From Armatimonadota bacterium (lineage in GTDB: Bacteria > Armatimonadota > Fimbriimonadia > Fimbriimonadales > GBS-DC): a DNA stretch of 64,000 nucleotides. Location: the NCBI GenBank assembly GCA_030550775.1, contig JAUQOS010000002.1, positions 4,808 through 68,807 of the forward strand, written 5' to 3'. Positions 1 to 10,912 of the stretch are shown here, piece by piece; position 1 is the stretch's first letter, and the number at the start of each line of letters is the position of its first letter. The notes beneath the pieces were generated by a model. That model did not search any database. It was given only the letters and a program-made list of their open reading frames with translations, and was not told the origin of the DNA. The position numbers and the translations under genes are program-made.

Positions 1-8
1 AGCTGGAA

Positions 9-734
9 GTGATTCCTGCGATTGACCTGCGCGGCGGCTACGCGGTGCGCTTGTTGCAGGGCGACTACGCCCGCGAAACCCGCTACGACACCGACCCCGT
101 GGCAGTGGCGCAACAGTGGGCACACCACGGCGCGCCGCGCCTGCATGTAGTAGACTTAGACGGCGCACGCGCGGGCGAACCCGTACAACTGCCACTAATT
201 GAACGCATCATCCGCGCGGTAGAGATCCCTGTGCAGGTAGGCGGCGGCATCCGCACCGAAGCGCACATCCGCCAACTGCTGAACGCGGGCGCTGCGCGCG
301 TGATTATCGGTACCATTGCAGTCGAGAACCCCGATTTTGCCGAGCAGATATTCCGCACCTACGGCGAGCGCGTGGCGTTGGCGTTGGATGTGAAGGCAGG
401 CAAAGCAGCTACCCACGGCTGGCAAGCCACCGCAGGTGTGCCCTACTTGGAGTTCGCGCAGGCGATGGTCGCGCGCGGAGCACCGCGCCTCATCTTCACG
501 CAAACCGAACTTGACGGCACGCTGCAAGGCGTCGCGCTGGGACCTCTGCGTGCGCTGCTGAACGCTGTGAATGTGCCCGTGATTGTTTCAGGGGGCGTTC
601 GCGACGACAGGGACTTAGCCGCGCTCCACCCGCTTGCCCAAACCAGTTGTTTGGAGGGCGTAATTGTGGGCAAGGCACTCTACGAAGGCACGCTGAGCCC
701 GCGCGTGTGGACATCCTACTCACCCACGCAATAG
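9..734 (+). CDS. hisA: ProFAR isomerase HisA (histidine biosynthesis)
   Basis: 241 aa. IPAIDLRGG..VRLLQGDY, HVVDLDGA, VQVGGGIR and VSGGV motifs fit the HisA TIM barrel. GTG start near the window edge. The 3' end overlaps the convergent nuoK by 15 nt. Confidence 0.88.
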   Translation: MIPAIDLRGGYAVRLLQGDYARETRYDTDPVAVAQQWAHHGAPRLHVVDLDGARAGEPVQLPLIERIIRAVEIPVQVGGGIRTEAHIRQLLNAGAARVIIGTIAVENPDFAEQIFRTYGERVALALDVKAGKAATHGWQATAGVPYLEFAQAMVARGAPRLIFTQTELDGTLQGVALGPLRALLNAVNVPVIVSGGVRDDRDLAALHPLAQTSCLEGVIVGKALYEGTLSPRVWTSYSPTQ

Positions 735-1040
735 CGTGACCTCGTCCACATCAAGGCTCTCGCGCAGGCGGAACATCACCGTGATAATGCCCAAGCCAAC
801 CGCCACCTCCGCAGCCGCTACGCCAAACACAAACAATACGAACACATGCCCCGAAACTTGCGCCAAAAGGTCGGTTTGATAGCGGGCAAACGCCAAAAAG
901 CTAAGGTTGATCGCGTTCAGCATGAGCTCAATGCACATAAACATCACGATTGGATTGCGCTTGACCACCACGCCAATCGCGCCCATCATAAACAAAAACG
1001 CCGAGAGCACTAAGTATGCATTCAGCGGTACGGCGGTCAT
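720..1040 (-). CDS. nuoK: NADH-quinone oxidoreductase subunit K
   Basis: Small 3-TM protein (MTAVPLNAYLVLSAFLFMMG..CIELMLNAINL..AAAEVAVGL) typical of NuoK/ND4L. I chose the ATG at 1040, preceded by AAGGAGGG, over the longer track ORF. Confidence 0.88.
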   Translation of the reverse strand: MTAVPLNAYLVLSAFLFMMGAIGVVVKRNPIVMFMCIELMLNAINLSFLAFARYQTDLLAQVSGHVFVLFVFGVAAAEVAVGLGIITVMFRLRESLDVDEVTLLRG

Positions 1041-1041
1041 C

Positions 1042-1542
1042 TTAGGCAGCCCTCCTTCGCGCCAACAGAATCGAGCCAATCACGCCCACCGTCAGCAGCA
1101 CCCCCATCAGCAGCAGGGGATACGCCCACTGTGTAAACAGCGCTAACCCAATCACGCGAGCCGTGCCCACCTCTGGCGGGGCTTGCGGCGCGGCAGGCAC
1201 CAACACTGTCAACGCCTGCGCCACCAGCATCGCGAAAATACCGAACCCAAGCAGGTACGCCAACGGTCGCCTGAGTTCGCGTTCTTGGGGCATGGCGTCG
1301 GGCGAACCGAGATTGAGCAACATAATCACAAACAAAAACAACACCATAATCGCGCCCGCATACACAATCACCTGCAGCACGCCAATGAACGGCGCTGAAA
1401 GCATAAAGTAAATCAGCGCGAGCGTGAAAAAGTTGAGCACCAGCAGCAGCGCGCTGCGCACGGGGTTGCGCGAAAACACCACGCCCCCTGCGCTCAGGAT
1501 GGCGATGAGTGCCAGCACGAAAAACAGGATGCGTTCGCCCAC
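1042..1542 (-). CDS. nuoJ: NADH-quinone oxidoreductase subunit J
   Basis: NuoJ/ND6-like sequence (FFVLALIAILSAGGVVFSRNPVRSALLLVL..VIVYAGAIMVLFLFVIMLL). GTG at 1542 is preceded by AAAGGAGG and sits directly after the nuoH stop. Confidence 0.85.
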   Translation of the reverse strand: MGERILFFVLALIAILSAGGVVFSRNPVRSALLLVLNFFTLALIYFMLSAPFIGVLQVIVYAGAIMVLFLFVIMLLNLGSPDAMPQERELRRPLAYLLGFGIFAMLVAQALTVLVPAAPQAPPEVGTARVIGLALFTQWAYPLLLMGVLLTVGVIGSILLARRRAA

Positions 1543-1543
1543 C

Positions 1544-2746
1544 TTATGCCTCCTTTGGTCGATACGGCTGTGCTTCGGACACCAAGCGTACTTCGCGTCG
1601 TTCGGGCTTGCGCTTGCCAACTGTAGCAAAGTAGAGTGCGCCCACGACGCCATAGCCTACCAGCGCAGGCATCCAGCCCGCAACAACATACACCACCGTC
1701 AGTGTGAGGTTCACCAGCCCTGCGGGGATGAGAAACCGCCAGCCCAAGTTCATCAGCTGGTCGTAGCGCAGGCGCAGCAGCGTCGCCCGCACCCAGATGA
1801 ACACAAACACCAGCCCAAACACCTTCGCCACCAGCCAGAACGGTGGCGCTAGCGCTCCCGTTATCGCTGCTAGCACGCCCCACACGCCTCCGCCCTCGCC
1901 CAACGCCTGAATCGGCGACCAGTTGATGGGCGCGAGGTAGCCCCCAAGAAAGCAAGTCGCCATAATACCGCTAATGGCTAAAATCGCGATGTACTCGCCC
2001 ATAAAGAAGGCGGCAAACTTCATGCTGCTGTATTCGGTTTGGTAGCCTGCCACCAGTTCGCTTTCGGCTTCGGGCAGGTCAAACGGCGCGCGGTTAGTTT
2101 CCGCCAGCATGCAGATGAAAAAAAGCGCAGCGCCCACCAAGCCCCACGGCGTGAAAATCAGCCAATTATGCAAGAACGGCACCACGCCCCATAGCGGCTG
2201 CGCTTGCATCTCCACGATGCTGGTGAGCCGAAAGCTGCCAGCCGTCACCACCGCTGTTGCCAACGCTAACCCCATGCCCAGCTCGTAGCTAATCACTTGC
2301 GCCGACGCCCGCAGCCCGCCCAACAGCGAATATTTGTTGTTGGACGACCAGCCTGCCAGCAGCACCCCGTATGCTGCCAGCGACGACATCGCCAAAAAGT
2401 AGAGCAGCCCTATATCCACATCTGCTACAGGCGTCAACAATCGGTTGGGACCCCACGGAATCGTGGCGGCGGCGACCAGTGCCGGGAATAGCGACAGCGC
2501 AGGGGCTAACGCCCAGATTAGCCGATCGGCGTTTGCGGGCACAATCTCCTCTTTGAAAAACAGCTTCACGGCGTCTGCCATCGGCTGCAGCAGCCCAAAC
2601 GGACCCAAGCGGTTTGGACCGATGCGGTTCTGAAACCACGCTAAGGCGCGTCGCTCCAGCCAAATCAGCAACGGCAGCACCGCAAGCAAAAAGCCCAGCA
2701 AAATCGCAATCCGCAGCAGCGCCCAGCCAAAATCTGCCAGCGTCAT
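1544..2746 (-). CDS. nuoH: NADH-quinone oxidoreductase subunit H
   Basis: 400 aa. WLERRALAWFQNRIGPNRLGPFGLLQPMADAVKLFFKE and ETNRAPFDLPEAESELVAGY are NuoH/ND1 signatures. The C-terminal tail is longer than usual and has no Fe-S Cys motifs. Confidence 0.92.
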   Translation of the reverse strand: MTLADFGWALLRIAILLGFLLAVLPLLIWLERRALAWFQNRIGPNRLGPFGLLQPMADAVKLFFKEEIVPANADRLIWALAPALSLFPALVAAATIPWGPNRLLTPVADVDIGLLYFLAMSSLAAYGVLLAGWSSNNKYSLLGGLRASAQVISYELGMGLALATAVVTAGSFRLTSIVEMQAQPLWGVVPFLHNWLIFTPWGLVGAALFFICMLAETNRAPFDLPEAESELVAGYQTEYSSMKFAAFFMGEYIAILAISGIMATCFLGGYLAPINWSPIQALGEGGGVWGVLAAITGALAPPFWLVAKVFGLVFVFIWVRATLLRLRYDQLMNLGWRFLIPAGLVNLTLTVVYVVAGWMPALVGYGVVGALYFATVGKRKPERREVRLVSEAQPYRPKEA

Positions 2747-2756
2747 AAGCAGCGAG

Positions 2757-2762
2757 ATTATA
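2757..2762 (-). promoter_or_regulatory. -10-like TATAAT, 10 nt upstream of the nuoH ATG (possible leaderless start)
   Basis: Minus strand reads GGTATAATCTCGCTGCTTATG, with no SD in the gap. The element overlaps the tkt 3' end. Confidence 0.4.
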
Positions 2763-2781
2763 CCTGAGGGGTACAGTGCTG

Positions 2782-4653
<1,872 letters not shown>

Positions 4654-4695
4654 AGGTGCTCTCCTTGCGTAAAGGAGTATACCTGAGAGGTTCGT

Positions 4696-7600
4696 ATGGC
4701 AAGCAGGAGTAGGGGCTGGCGCGTCGTAGCTCTAACGGTGATGCGACCACTATGCTTGCTGACAGCTTTGCTTGTGTTTGCCCCGTTGCTTGCGCAGCCC
4801 TATGTCGATGGCGTGCATGTGTTGGAGGATTTTGTTGCGCGTTGGGGGCAGGGGCAGGTGTCGCATGCCTTGCAGGCGCCAAGCGTGCGAACGGTAGCGT
4901 CAGGGGGCATAAGGATGCGCGCGGGTTTTCTACACCCAACTGCGCGCCCTGCCCGCAACGAGTTTCAGGTAAGCCTGCCCGCAGTCAACGAAGGCGACTT
5001 ATTGGTGCTAACGGCATGGGCAGGCGTGGATGACTTGGCACGCCGCGACGACCCCGCCAATCCATATGATGGCATCCGTGCCCGCCTGCTGGTGGAGAAT
5101 CGCGTCGTTGCCGAAGTGGAGTGCACGACTGCCGGCTGGCGTGCCCTATCTGCCGACCTAACGCCTTACGCAGGCAGAACAGTGCGCGTGGCGTTTGAAG
5201 CAGACCCCAAAGCAAACGCCAACTACGACTGGGCATACTTTGCTAACGCTCAGCTGCTGCGGTTGCGCGAGCGGTTCGCCCACAAAGTGGGGCGTCATCT
5301 GCCCCCTGAAGGTGTGTTGGAAGTTCGCGGCAACCCAGGCGACCAGTTTGTGGTGGATAGCCCCTCGCATTCGCCGTTGCAGGGCGTAATTCCAGAGGGG
5401 GGTGTTGTGTGGTTGCGCTACGCGTTTGCGGGGGCACGCAGCGCCACGCTCTCGGAGTTGCAACCTCAGGCGACGGCGCGTGTCTATCCGTTTCGGCCAC
5501 GCTTGCGGTTCGAGCTCGTGGCGACGCAGCGTCGCGTGCTTGCCCCCAATGACACGACGGAGGTAGTGATTCGCCTGCGCAACGTGGGGGCGGGCACTTG
5601 GCAAAACGATCGCGTGAGCCTCAGCGTGCAGCCCCTCGGCGATGTGGAACTGCTCAGTCGCCCTGAGTGGGCGGTTGACCTGTTGCCACCCGATGCCAGT
5701 GCCGAGACACGCTTTCGGATTCGTGTGGGGGCACGCCCCCGCTTGATGGTGTTGCTGCGTAGCGGCGCGGGCAACGACGCGCTGCTGCTGACGCCCACCG
5801 TTGCCCCCATGCCGACTAACCTGCCGCGCACGGGCACTTTCGCTCGCGTGGTGGAGGGCATCGGCGTACTCCAAAATGAACAGCTGCGCTTAGTGGTTAG
5901 CCCTGCCAGTTCGGGGGGCTATGTGGCGCGGCTGTTCGTGCGCACAGGTGAGGAGTGGTCGCCCATCGCCAGCAGTGCGCCCCTGGGGGATGCTATCCTC
6001 AACGCCGAGAACGCCCCGCCCAAGCCGCAATACCTTAGTGTTGAGAGCCTGTCGGCAGACCCCACCATGCTGCGTCTCGTGCTGCAAGGTGCGGTGGGGC
6101 TAACCGCACGCGCCACGGTGGAGTTCCGACTGGAAGGCAATCGTCTGCACTGCGCAAGCAGGCTCGTGGCGGATGTGAACACGCACCTGTACCGCTTCCG
6201 CTTCCCTGATTGGCGGGTGGGCGACGGAGCGTTCGGTGCAAGCAAAGACGAAGCACTGCTGCCGGGCTTGGAGTACCTGCTGGGCGAGGAAACTTCTTCC
6301 AGCTCAATGTTTGTTGCCCCGCCCAACCACTTGCGCTTTGCGCCCGACCCCTACAAGCTCACAGCGCCGATAATGGCGGTGCGCTGGCGCAACTATCTGG
6401 TGAGTTTGGAGTGGGACCCTACGCAGGGCTGGTCGGGAGTGTTGCGCGCGCCGAATGTGCTCTTTGCCTCGCCGAACTTTTTGGAGGGAGGCGCGAACCA
6501 TCGGCTGGCGTTGTGGGTGCCGACGATTCCGCGCTGGGCAGCGGAGAACACTGAGCAGGCACGCGAGCCGTTCCGCCTCATCAAAGGCGATTCAGTGCAG
6601 TTGGGGGCGACACTGGTGGTGCGCACCGATGCCCGCGATGTAGTGCAGGCGATGGAGCAGTATATAGCGCGGGTGGGGATGCCCTATCCACCTGCCCCAC
6701 AACGCAACGACTTTGGCGCGCTGCAGCTAACCGTGCAGGGCTTGCTCAACAGCTACGACGCTTCGCAAACCGCGTGGCGCCACACCAACACGGGACCGAT
6801 TTTCTACGACCCTGAGGTGGCGTTGGGGCTGTGGGTGCTGGGACATCGGCTGCTGCCTGAGGATGGGCGTCGGCGTGAAGCGGTGGCTCAGGTGCGCGCG
6901 GCAATAGGCGCACGCCCCGCAGGTGAGCACGGATTGGACATGGCGTTCTATGTGGGCGGGCTGCCCAGCGCGCTGGAACGCGCCAAGCGCGAGATTGAAG
7001 CACTCATCAAGCAACAGCGCGATGATGGCAGCTGGGCGTGGCAGCCCGAAACCCCACGCCATGCATTGTTGGGCAAGGCAGGCGAGACCGCCAGCGGCTG
7101 GACAGGGCAGCACGCAGCACGCATCGGGCGTTTTGCTGTGCAAACCTTGCACGCAGGGGCACACAATAGCCTGCTGCGTAGCCTGCGCTACCTAGCCAAC
7201 CAACGCCGCCCCGAAGGTGCGCAAACCTGGGAACTGCCCCTCCATGCGCCCGACCTTCTGGCAGTGCCCTACGCCATCAATGCCTTTCTGGACGCGCATC
7301 TGCTCACGGGCAACCCCGACTATGTGGAACAAGCGCGCCTATGGGCGTATCGGGGCACGCCGTTTATCTATCTTTGGCACACACTGGATCGCCCGATTAT
7401 GCGCGGTGCCAGCATCCCCGCCTTCGGAGCCACTTGGCTGAGCCAGCAGCCATGGTTCGGTGTCGCGGTTCAATGGAACGGCTTGGTGTACGCTCGCACC
7501 CTTTACCGACTGGCAGAAGTAGACGCTCAAACTGAATGGAAGCGACTGGCAGATACCATCACACTGTGTGCGGTGCAACAACAAGAATGGGTCTCCGACC

Positions 7601-8061
7601 GCCGCGCTAACCGCGAAGGCTTCTACCCCGATGCATTCAACATCCCCCAACAAACCGAGGAGTATACTTGGGACTTGAACCCACGCCTGATTGCTCCCTG
7701 CATTGCCCAGCGGTTAGGCTTTGCCATAGAACCGCTCACGCGGGTTGTGCGCACGCGCGAGGGGCTGATTGCCTGCACCGCGCCCGGCTTGCAGATCGTC
7801 GCTTTGCAAGGCGACACCCTGCAAGTGCAGTTGGCAGCGCCTGCCCCCGACTTGCCCGCACTCTACCTGCTGATTGCAGGCGTGCGCGCGCCGCAGGCAG
7901 TGTACCTCAACGGCGTCCCCTTGCCCCAAGTAGACGATATGGACACGCTCATCTGGCAGTTATCAAGCCCTCAATCGGGCTGGGCGGTGCACGAACTGGG
8001 GCTGATTGTACGCCTTGTCAATCCTACAGTCGCAACGATTGAAGTGGAAGGCGCGCTTTAA
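4696..8061 (+). CDS. Large secreted hypothetical protein (1121 aa), possibly with an alpha/alpha-toroid-like C-terminal part
   Basis: Long uninterrupted ORF with a signal peptide (MRPLCLLTALLVFAPLLAQP). An alternative start at 4741 is possible. I recognise no catalytic motifs. DGSWAWQ-type segments are reminiscent of toroid repeat proteins. Confidence 0.65.
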   Translation: MASRSRGWRVVALTVMRPLCLLTALLVFAPLLAQPYVDGVHVLEDFVARWGQGQVSHALQAPSVRTVASGGIRMRAGFLHPTARPARNEFQVSLPAVNEGDLLVLTAWAGVDDLARRDDPANPYDGIRARLLVENRVVAEVECTTAGWRALSADLTPYAGRTVRVAFEADPKANANYDWAYFANAQLLRLRERFAHKVGRHLPPEGVLEVRGNPGDQFVVDSPSHSPLQGVIPEGGVVWLRYAFAGARSATLSELQPQATARVYPFRPRLRFELVATQRRVLAPNDTTEVVIRLRNVGAGTWQNDRVSLSVQPLGDVELLSRPEWAVDLLPPDASAETRFRIRVGARPRLMVLLRSGAGNDALLLTPTVAPMPTNLPRTGTFARVVEGIGVLQNEQLRLVVSPASSGGYVARLFVRTGEEWSPIASSAPLGDAILNAENAPPKPQYLSVESLSADPTMLRLVLQGAVGLTARATVEFRLEGNRLHCASRLVADVNTHLYRFRFPDWRVGDGAFGASKDEALLPGLEYLLGEETSSSSMFVAPPNHLRFAPDPYKLTAPIMAVRWRNYLVSLEWDPTQGWSGVLRAPNVLFASPNFLEGGANHRLALWVPTIPRWAAENTEQAREPFRLIKGDSVQLGATLVVRTDARDVVQAMEQYIARVGMPYPPAPQRNDFGALQLTVQGLLNSYDASQTAWRHTNTGPIFYDPEVALGLWVLGHRLLPEDGRRREAVAQVRAAIGARPAGEHGLDMAFYVGGLPSALERAKREIEALIKQQRDDGSWAWQPETPRHALLGKAGETASGWTGQHAARIGRFAVQTLHAGAHNSLLRSLRYLANQRRPEGAQTWELPLHAPDLLAVPYAINAFLDAHLLTGNPDYVEQARLWAYRGTPFIYLWHTLDRPIMRGASIPAFGATWLSQQPWFGVAVQWNGLVYARTLYRLAEVDAQTEWKRLADTITLCAVQQQEWVSDRRANREGFYPDAFNIPQQTEEYTWDLNPRLIAPCIAQRLGFAIEPLTRVVRTREGLIACTAPGLQIVALQGDTLQVQLAAPAPDLPALYLLIAGVRAPQAVYLNGVPLPQVDDMDTLIWQLSSPQSGWAVHELGLIVRLVNPTVATIEVEGAL

Positions 8062-8077
8062 GACTCTGCAGTGAGGT

Positions 8078-8383
8078 ATGCTGTATGCCATGGAAGCATT
8101 GGTGGCGTCGCTGACGGTGTTTGTGCTGGCGCTGTTTGTCGGCTTCGAGGTGATTACCAAAGTGCCGCCCACTTTGCACACGCCGTTGATGTCTGGCTCG
8201 AACGCGATTTCAGGCATCACGATTATCGGGGCGATTCTCTCGGCAGGAGCGCAACACACAACGCTGAGCGCGGTGCTCGGCGTGCTGGCGGTGGTGTTGG
8301 CGACCATCAATGTGGTAGGCGGCTTTTTGGTGACCAACCGCATGCTGCAAATGTTCAAACCGAGCGGGCGTCAGGTAAAATAA
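8078..8383 (+). CDS. pntAB: NAD(P) transhydrogenase subunit alpha part 2 (membrane dII piece)
   Basis: 101 aa. FVGFEVITKVPPTLHTPLMSGSNAISGITIIGA closely matches the small PntA2/PntAB subunit. No pntAA or pntB lies adjacent. Confidence 0.85.
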   Translation: MLYAMEALVASLTVFVLALFVGFEVITKVPPTLHTPLMSGSNAISGITIIGAILSAGAQHTTLSAVLGVLAVVLATINVVGGFLVTNRMLQMFKPSGRQVK

Positions 8384-8399
8384 CTTGGGAGGCGCAACG

Positions 8400-8714
8400 A
8401 TGCGAATCGAGCTGTTGTATTACCCCGAGTGCCCCTCGCACGAGCGCACGCTGGAGCTGATTCGCGAGGCGCTCGCGCTGGAGGGCAAACAGGCAGAAAT
8501 TTGCGTGATTCGCATCGACACGCAGGAGCAGGCAGACGCGCACCGCTTCATCGGCTCCCCCACAATCCGCATCAACGGTCACGAGCTCCAGCCTCAGCCG
8601 CACCTACCCTATCGCCTGACCTGCCGTGCGTTCCTCCACGAAGACGGGCGCATCTCCCCCATACCTTCGCTTACGATGTTGCGCGAAGCACTTCGGACTG
8701 CAGAAGGAGGTTGA
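8400..8714 (+). CDS. Small thioredoxin-fold-like protein (hypothetical)
   Basis: 104 aa starting at MRIELLYYPECPSH, with GGGAGG SD upstream. Single-Cys thioredoxin-like N-terminus. Family assignment is uncertain. Confidence 0.55.
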   Translation: MRIELLYYPECPSHERTLELIREALALEGKQAEICVIRIDTQEQADAHRFIGSPTIRINGHELQPQPHLPYRLTCRAFLHEDGRISPIPSLTMLREALRTAEGG

Positions 8715-8719
8715 GGCGT

Positions 8720-9244
8720 ATGGAAATTGGGCAATCGGCATATGATTTCGAGCTGCCAGGCGTAGACGGCAAGCGCTACTCACTCAAAGACTTCGCCGAC
8801 AAACCAGTGTTGGTGTTGTTTTTCTGGTGTAACCACTGCCCCTATGTAAAAGCCTACGAGGACCGTGTCATTCAGCTAGCGCGTGAGTTTAGTGACCGCG
8901 TTGCCTTCGTCGCCATCAATTCGAACGATCCCACGCAATACCCCGAAGACAGCTTCGAGAACATGAAGAAGCGCGCTGAAGAGAAGGGCTACCCGTTCCC
9001 GTACCTGTTTGACGAGACGCAGGCAGTGGCGCGCGCCTACAAGGCATCGCGCACGCCCGAGTTCTTCGTGTTTGACGAGGAGCGCGACCTGAAATATCAC
9101 GGCCGCTTCGACGACAACTGGGAACATCCCGAGCAAGTGCGCCACGAGTACGTACGCGACGCCATCAGGAGCCTGCTGGAAGGCGACATCCCGCACGTTT
9201 CCCAAGTGCCGCCCATCGGCTGCACAATCAAGTGGAAGCACTAA
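8720..9244 (+). CDS. Thioredoxin-fold thiol-disulfide oxidoreductase (AhpC/TSA-redoxin family)
   Basis: 174 aa. FELPGVDGKRYSLKDFADKPVLVLFFWCNHCPYV contains a CxxC motif. AAGGAGG SD upstream. The longer track ORF starting at 8429 was rejected. Confidence 0.8.
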   Translation: MEIGQSAYDFELPGVDGKRYSLKDFADKPVLVLFFWCNHCPYVKAYEDRVIQLAREFSDRVAFVAINSNDPTQYPEDSFENMKKRAEEKGYPFPYLFDETQAVARAYKASRTPEFFVFDEERDLKYHGRFDDNWEHPEQVRHEYVRDAIRSLLEGDIPHVSQVPPIGCTIKWKH

Positions 9245-9252
9245 TTGCCACT

Positions 9253-9276
9253 GGCTGGGGGCTTTGGCTCCCAGCC
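9253..9276 (+). terminator. GC-rich hairpin after the redoxin gene (no clear U tract)
   Basis: GGCTGGGGGC-TTTG-GCTCCCAGCC, 10 bp including one G.U pair. Confidence 0.35.
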
Positions 9277-9289
9277 TTGAACCTATCTG

Positions 9290-10912
9290 GTGACGCCAAA
9301 ACTCCGTACAAACATCAAGCGTAAGCGACTGAGAGCAATGGGGCTCCTTGCGCTCTCGGCGGTTCTGAGTGGTTTAGCGCATCCGCCTGTGAGTGCGGCG
9401 TGGCTCATCCTGATTGCTCCTGCGCCTCTGTTTGCACTGGTGGTGCACACGCGCCCGCGGACAGGCTTCGCCTACGGCTGGCTGTGGAGCTTCATCTACT
9501 ACCTCACGCTGGGGCATCCCCTAATCTATCTTATCCACTTGCAGACAGGCAGTGTTGCACTGGGCGTTGTGGGGTTGGTGTTGGTGGCAGGCGTGGGCGC
9601 GCTGTTTGGAGGGCTGTTTGGGCTGCTGGCGTCGCTGATGCCTCGCAACGCGCTGGGCGTCGTCGGTGCAGCGGGCGCATGGGCATTCACGCAATATCTG
9701 CGCGGCTTGGGACCTTATGCCTTCGTGTGGGGGCACTGGGGGGTGGCACTGTACAAAGTGCCCATCCTGCTGCAACCTGCCGAGTTGGTTGGGGCGTGGG
9801 GGGTGGAGTTCCTGATTGCGTTGTGGTGCGGGCTGCTCGCGTATGGCTATTGGTTATGGCAAGCGCGCGCGTGGCGTGGGCTGGCGTGGCTGGGGAGCGC
9901 GCTCGCGCTGTTTGGGTTGGGGATGTGGATATTTGGCACGGCGCGGATGGGGCAATGGCAGCTTGCTGATGCTCGGCTGGGGCAAGGCACGCACCTTGTG
10001 GCACTGGTTCAGCCAAATGTAGACCTTGCACGCCCCTATACGCCCGAAGCGTGGGCGGTTATCCGCGAACGGATTGCCGCCCAGGTACGCCAAGCAAGCC
10101 AAATTGCACCCGAATGGCGACGCCGCCGCAACCTCTGGCACCCCGACCTGATTGTGTTGCCCGAAGTGATAGAGCCGTTTCCAATACCCGACGCCGAGTT
10201 CGCCTTCGAGTTCTGGCGTGCGTTAGCCCGCGAAGTGAATACGCCCCTGCTAGTGGGGGGCTATCGCGTAGCGCAGGTGAAACCGCGTCGCATCGCCAAC
10301 ACAATGCATCTATTCTTACCTGATGGCAGCTGGCAGTACCATGACAAGCTGCAACTGGTGCCGTTTGGCGAGCATGTGCCGTTTCGGGCGTTGCTACCAT
10401 TCGTGCATATCTTCGGCGTAGTGGAGGAGGACTTACACGCAGGCAGCGAGCTCAAGCCCCTGCAAGCCGGCGACCTGCGCATCGGCACAGTGATTTGCAT
10501 GGAGTCGACCTACCCGTGGATCGCGCGCGGCTTGGCAAACGCTAACGCAAACCTACTGGTGGTTGGCTCCAACGAGTCGTGGTTTGGGCGCACGGCAGCG
10601 CTGGAGCAGCACTTGGCGTTCACGGTGTTGCGGGCAATAGAGACTCGCCGCTGGATTGTGCGCAGCGCGCCCGAGGGCATCAGCGCATTCATCGCCCCTT
10701 CAGGCGAGATACGCACGCGTGTACCGCCGTTCACAGAGGCGGTCCGTGCGCAGCCAGTGCATCCGCACACGCCTGAAACGCTATATTTACGCTGGGGCGA
10801 CTGGATGGCGTGGCTGGCTGGCGGTATCGCGCTGCTGGCGATTAGCACTTCGCGTCTGCGTGCCTTTGCCCCCCGTGAAAAAGCGACACTGCGCGCCGAA
10901 AATATCTCCTGA
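9290..10912 (+). CDS. lnt: Apolipoprotein N-acyltransferase
   Basis: 540 aa. A multi-TM N-terminal half is followed by a CN-hydrolase domain (VALVQPNV.., LIVLPE, ICMES). The start is uncertain (GTG 9290 versus ATG 9338). Confidence 0.8.
   Translation: MTPKLRTNIKRKRLRAMGLLALSAVLSGLAHPPVSAAWLILIAPAPLFALVVHTRPRTGFAYGWLWSFIYYLTLGHPLIYLIHLQTGSVALGVVGLVLVAGVGALFGGLFGLLASLMPRNALGVVGAAGAWAFTQYLRGLGPYAFVWGHWGVALYKVPILLQPAELVGAWGVEFLIALWCGLLAYGYWLWQARAWRGLAWLGSALALFGLGMWIFGTARMGQWQLADARLGQGTHLVALVQPNVDLARPYTPEAWAVIRERIAAQVRQASQIAPEWRRRRNLWHPDLIVLPEVIEPFPIPDAEFAFEFWRALAREVNTPLLVGGYRVAQVKPRRIANTMHLFLPDGSWQYHDKLQLVPFGEHVPFRALLPFVHIFGVVEEDLHAGSELKPLQAGDLRIGTVICMESTYPWIARGLANANANLLVVGSNESWFGRTAALEQHLAFTVLRAIETRRWIVRSAPEGISAFIAPSGEIRTRVPPFTEAVRAQPVHPHTPETLYLRWGDWMAWLAGGIALLAISTSRLRAFAPREKATLRAENIS

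Noticed and set aside
8429-8719. 5' extension of the redoxin ORF (the track gives 8429-9244, 271 aa), and the 8385 start for the small thioredoxin-like gene.
   Set aside because: The extension overlaps the preceding gene in another frame and is Arg/Pro/Ala-rich. The conserved redoxin domain begins at MEIGQSAYDFELPG, with an AAGGAGG SD before 8720. Likewise MRIELL at 8400 has a GGGAGG SD.
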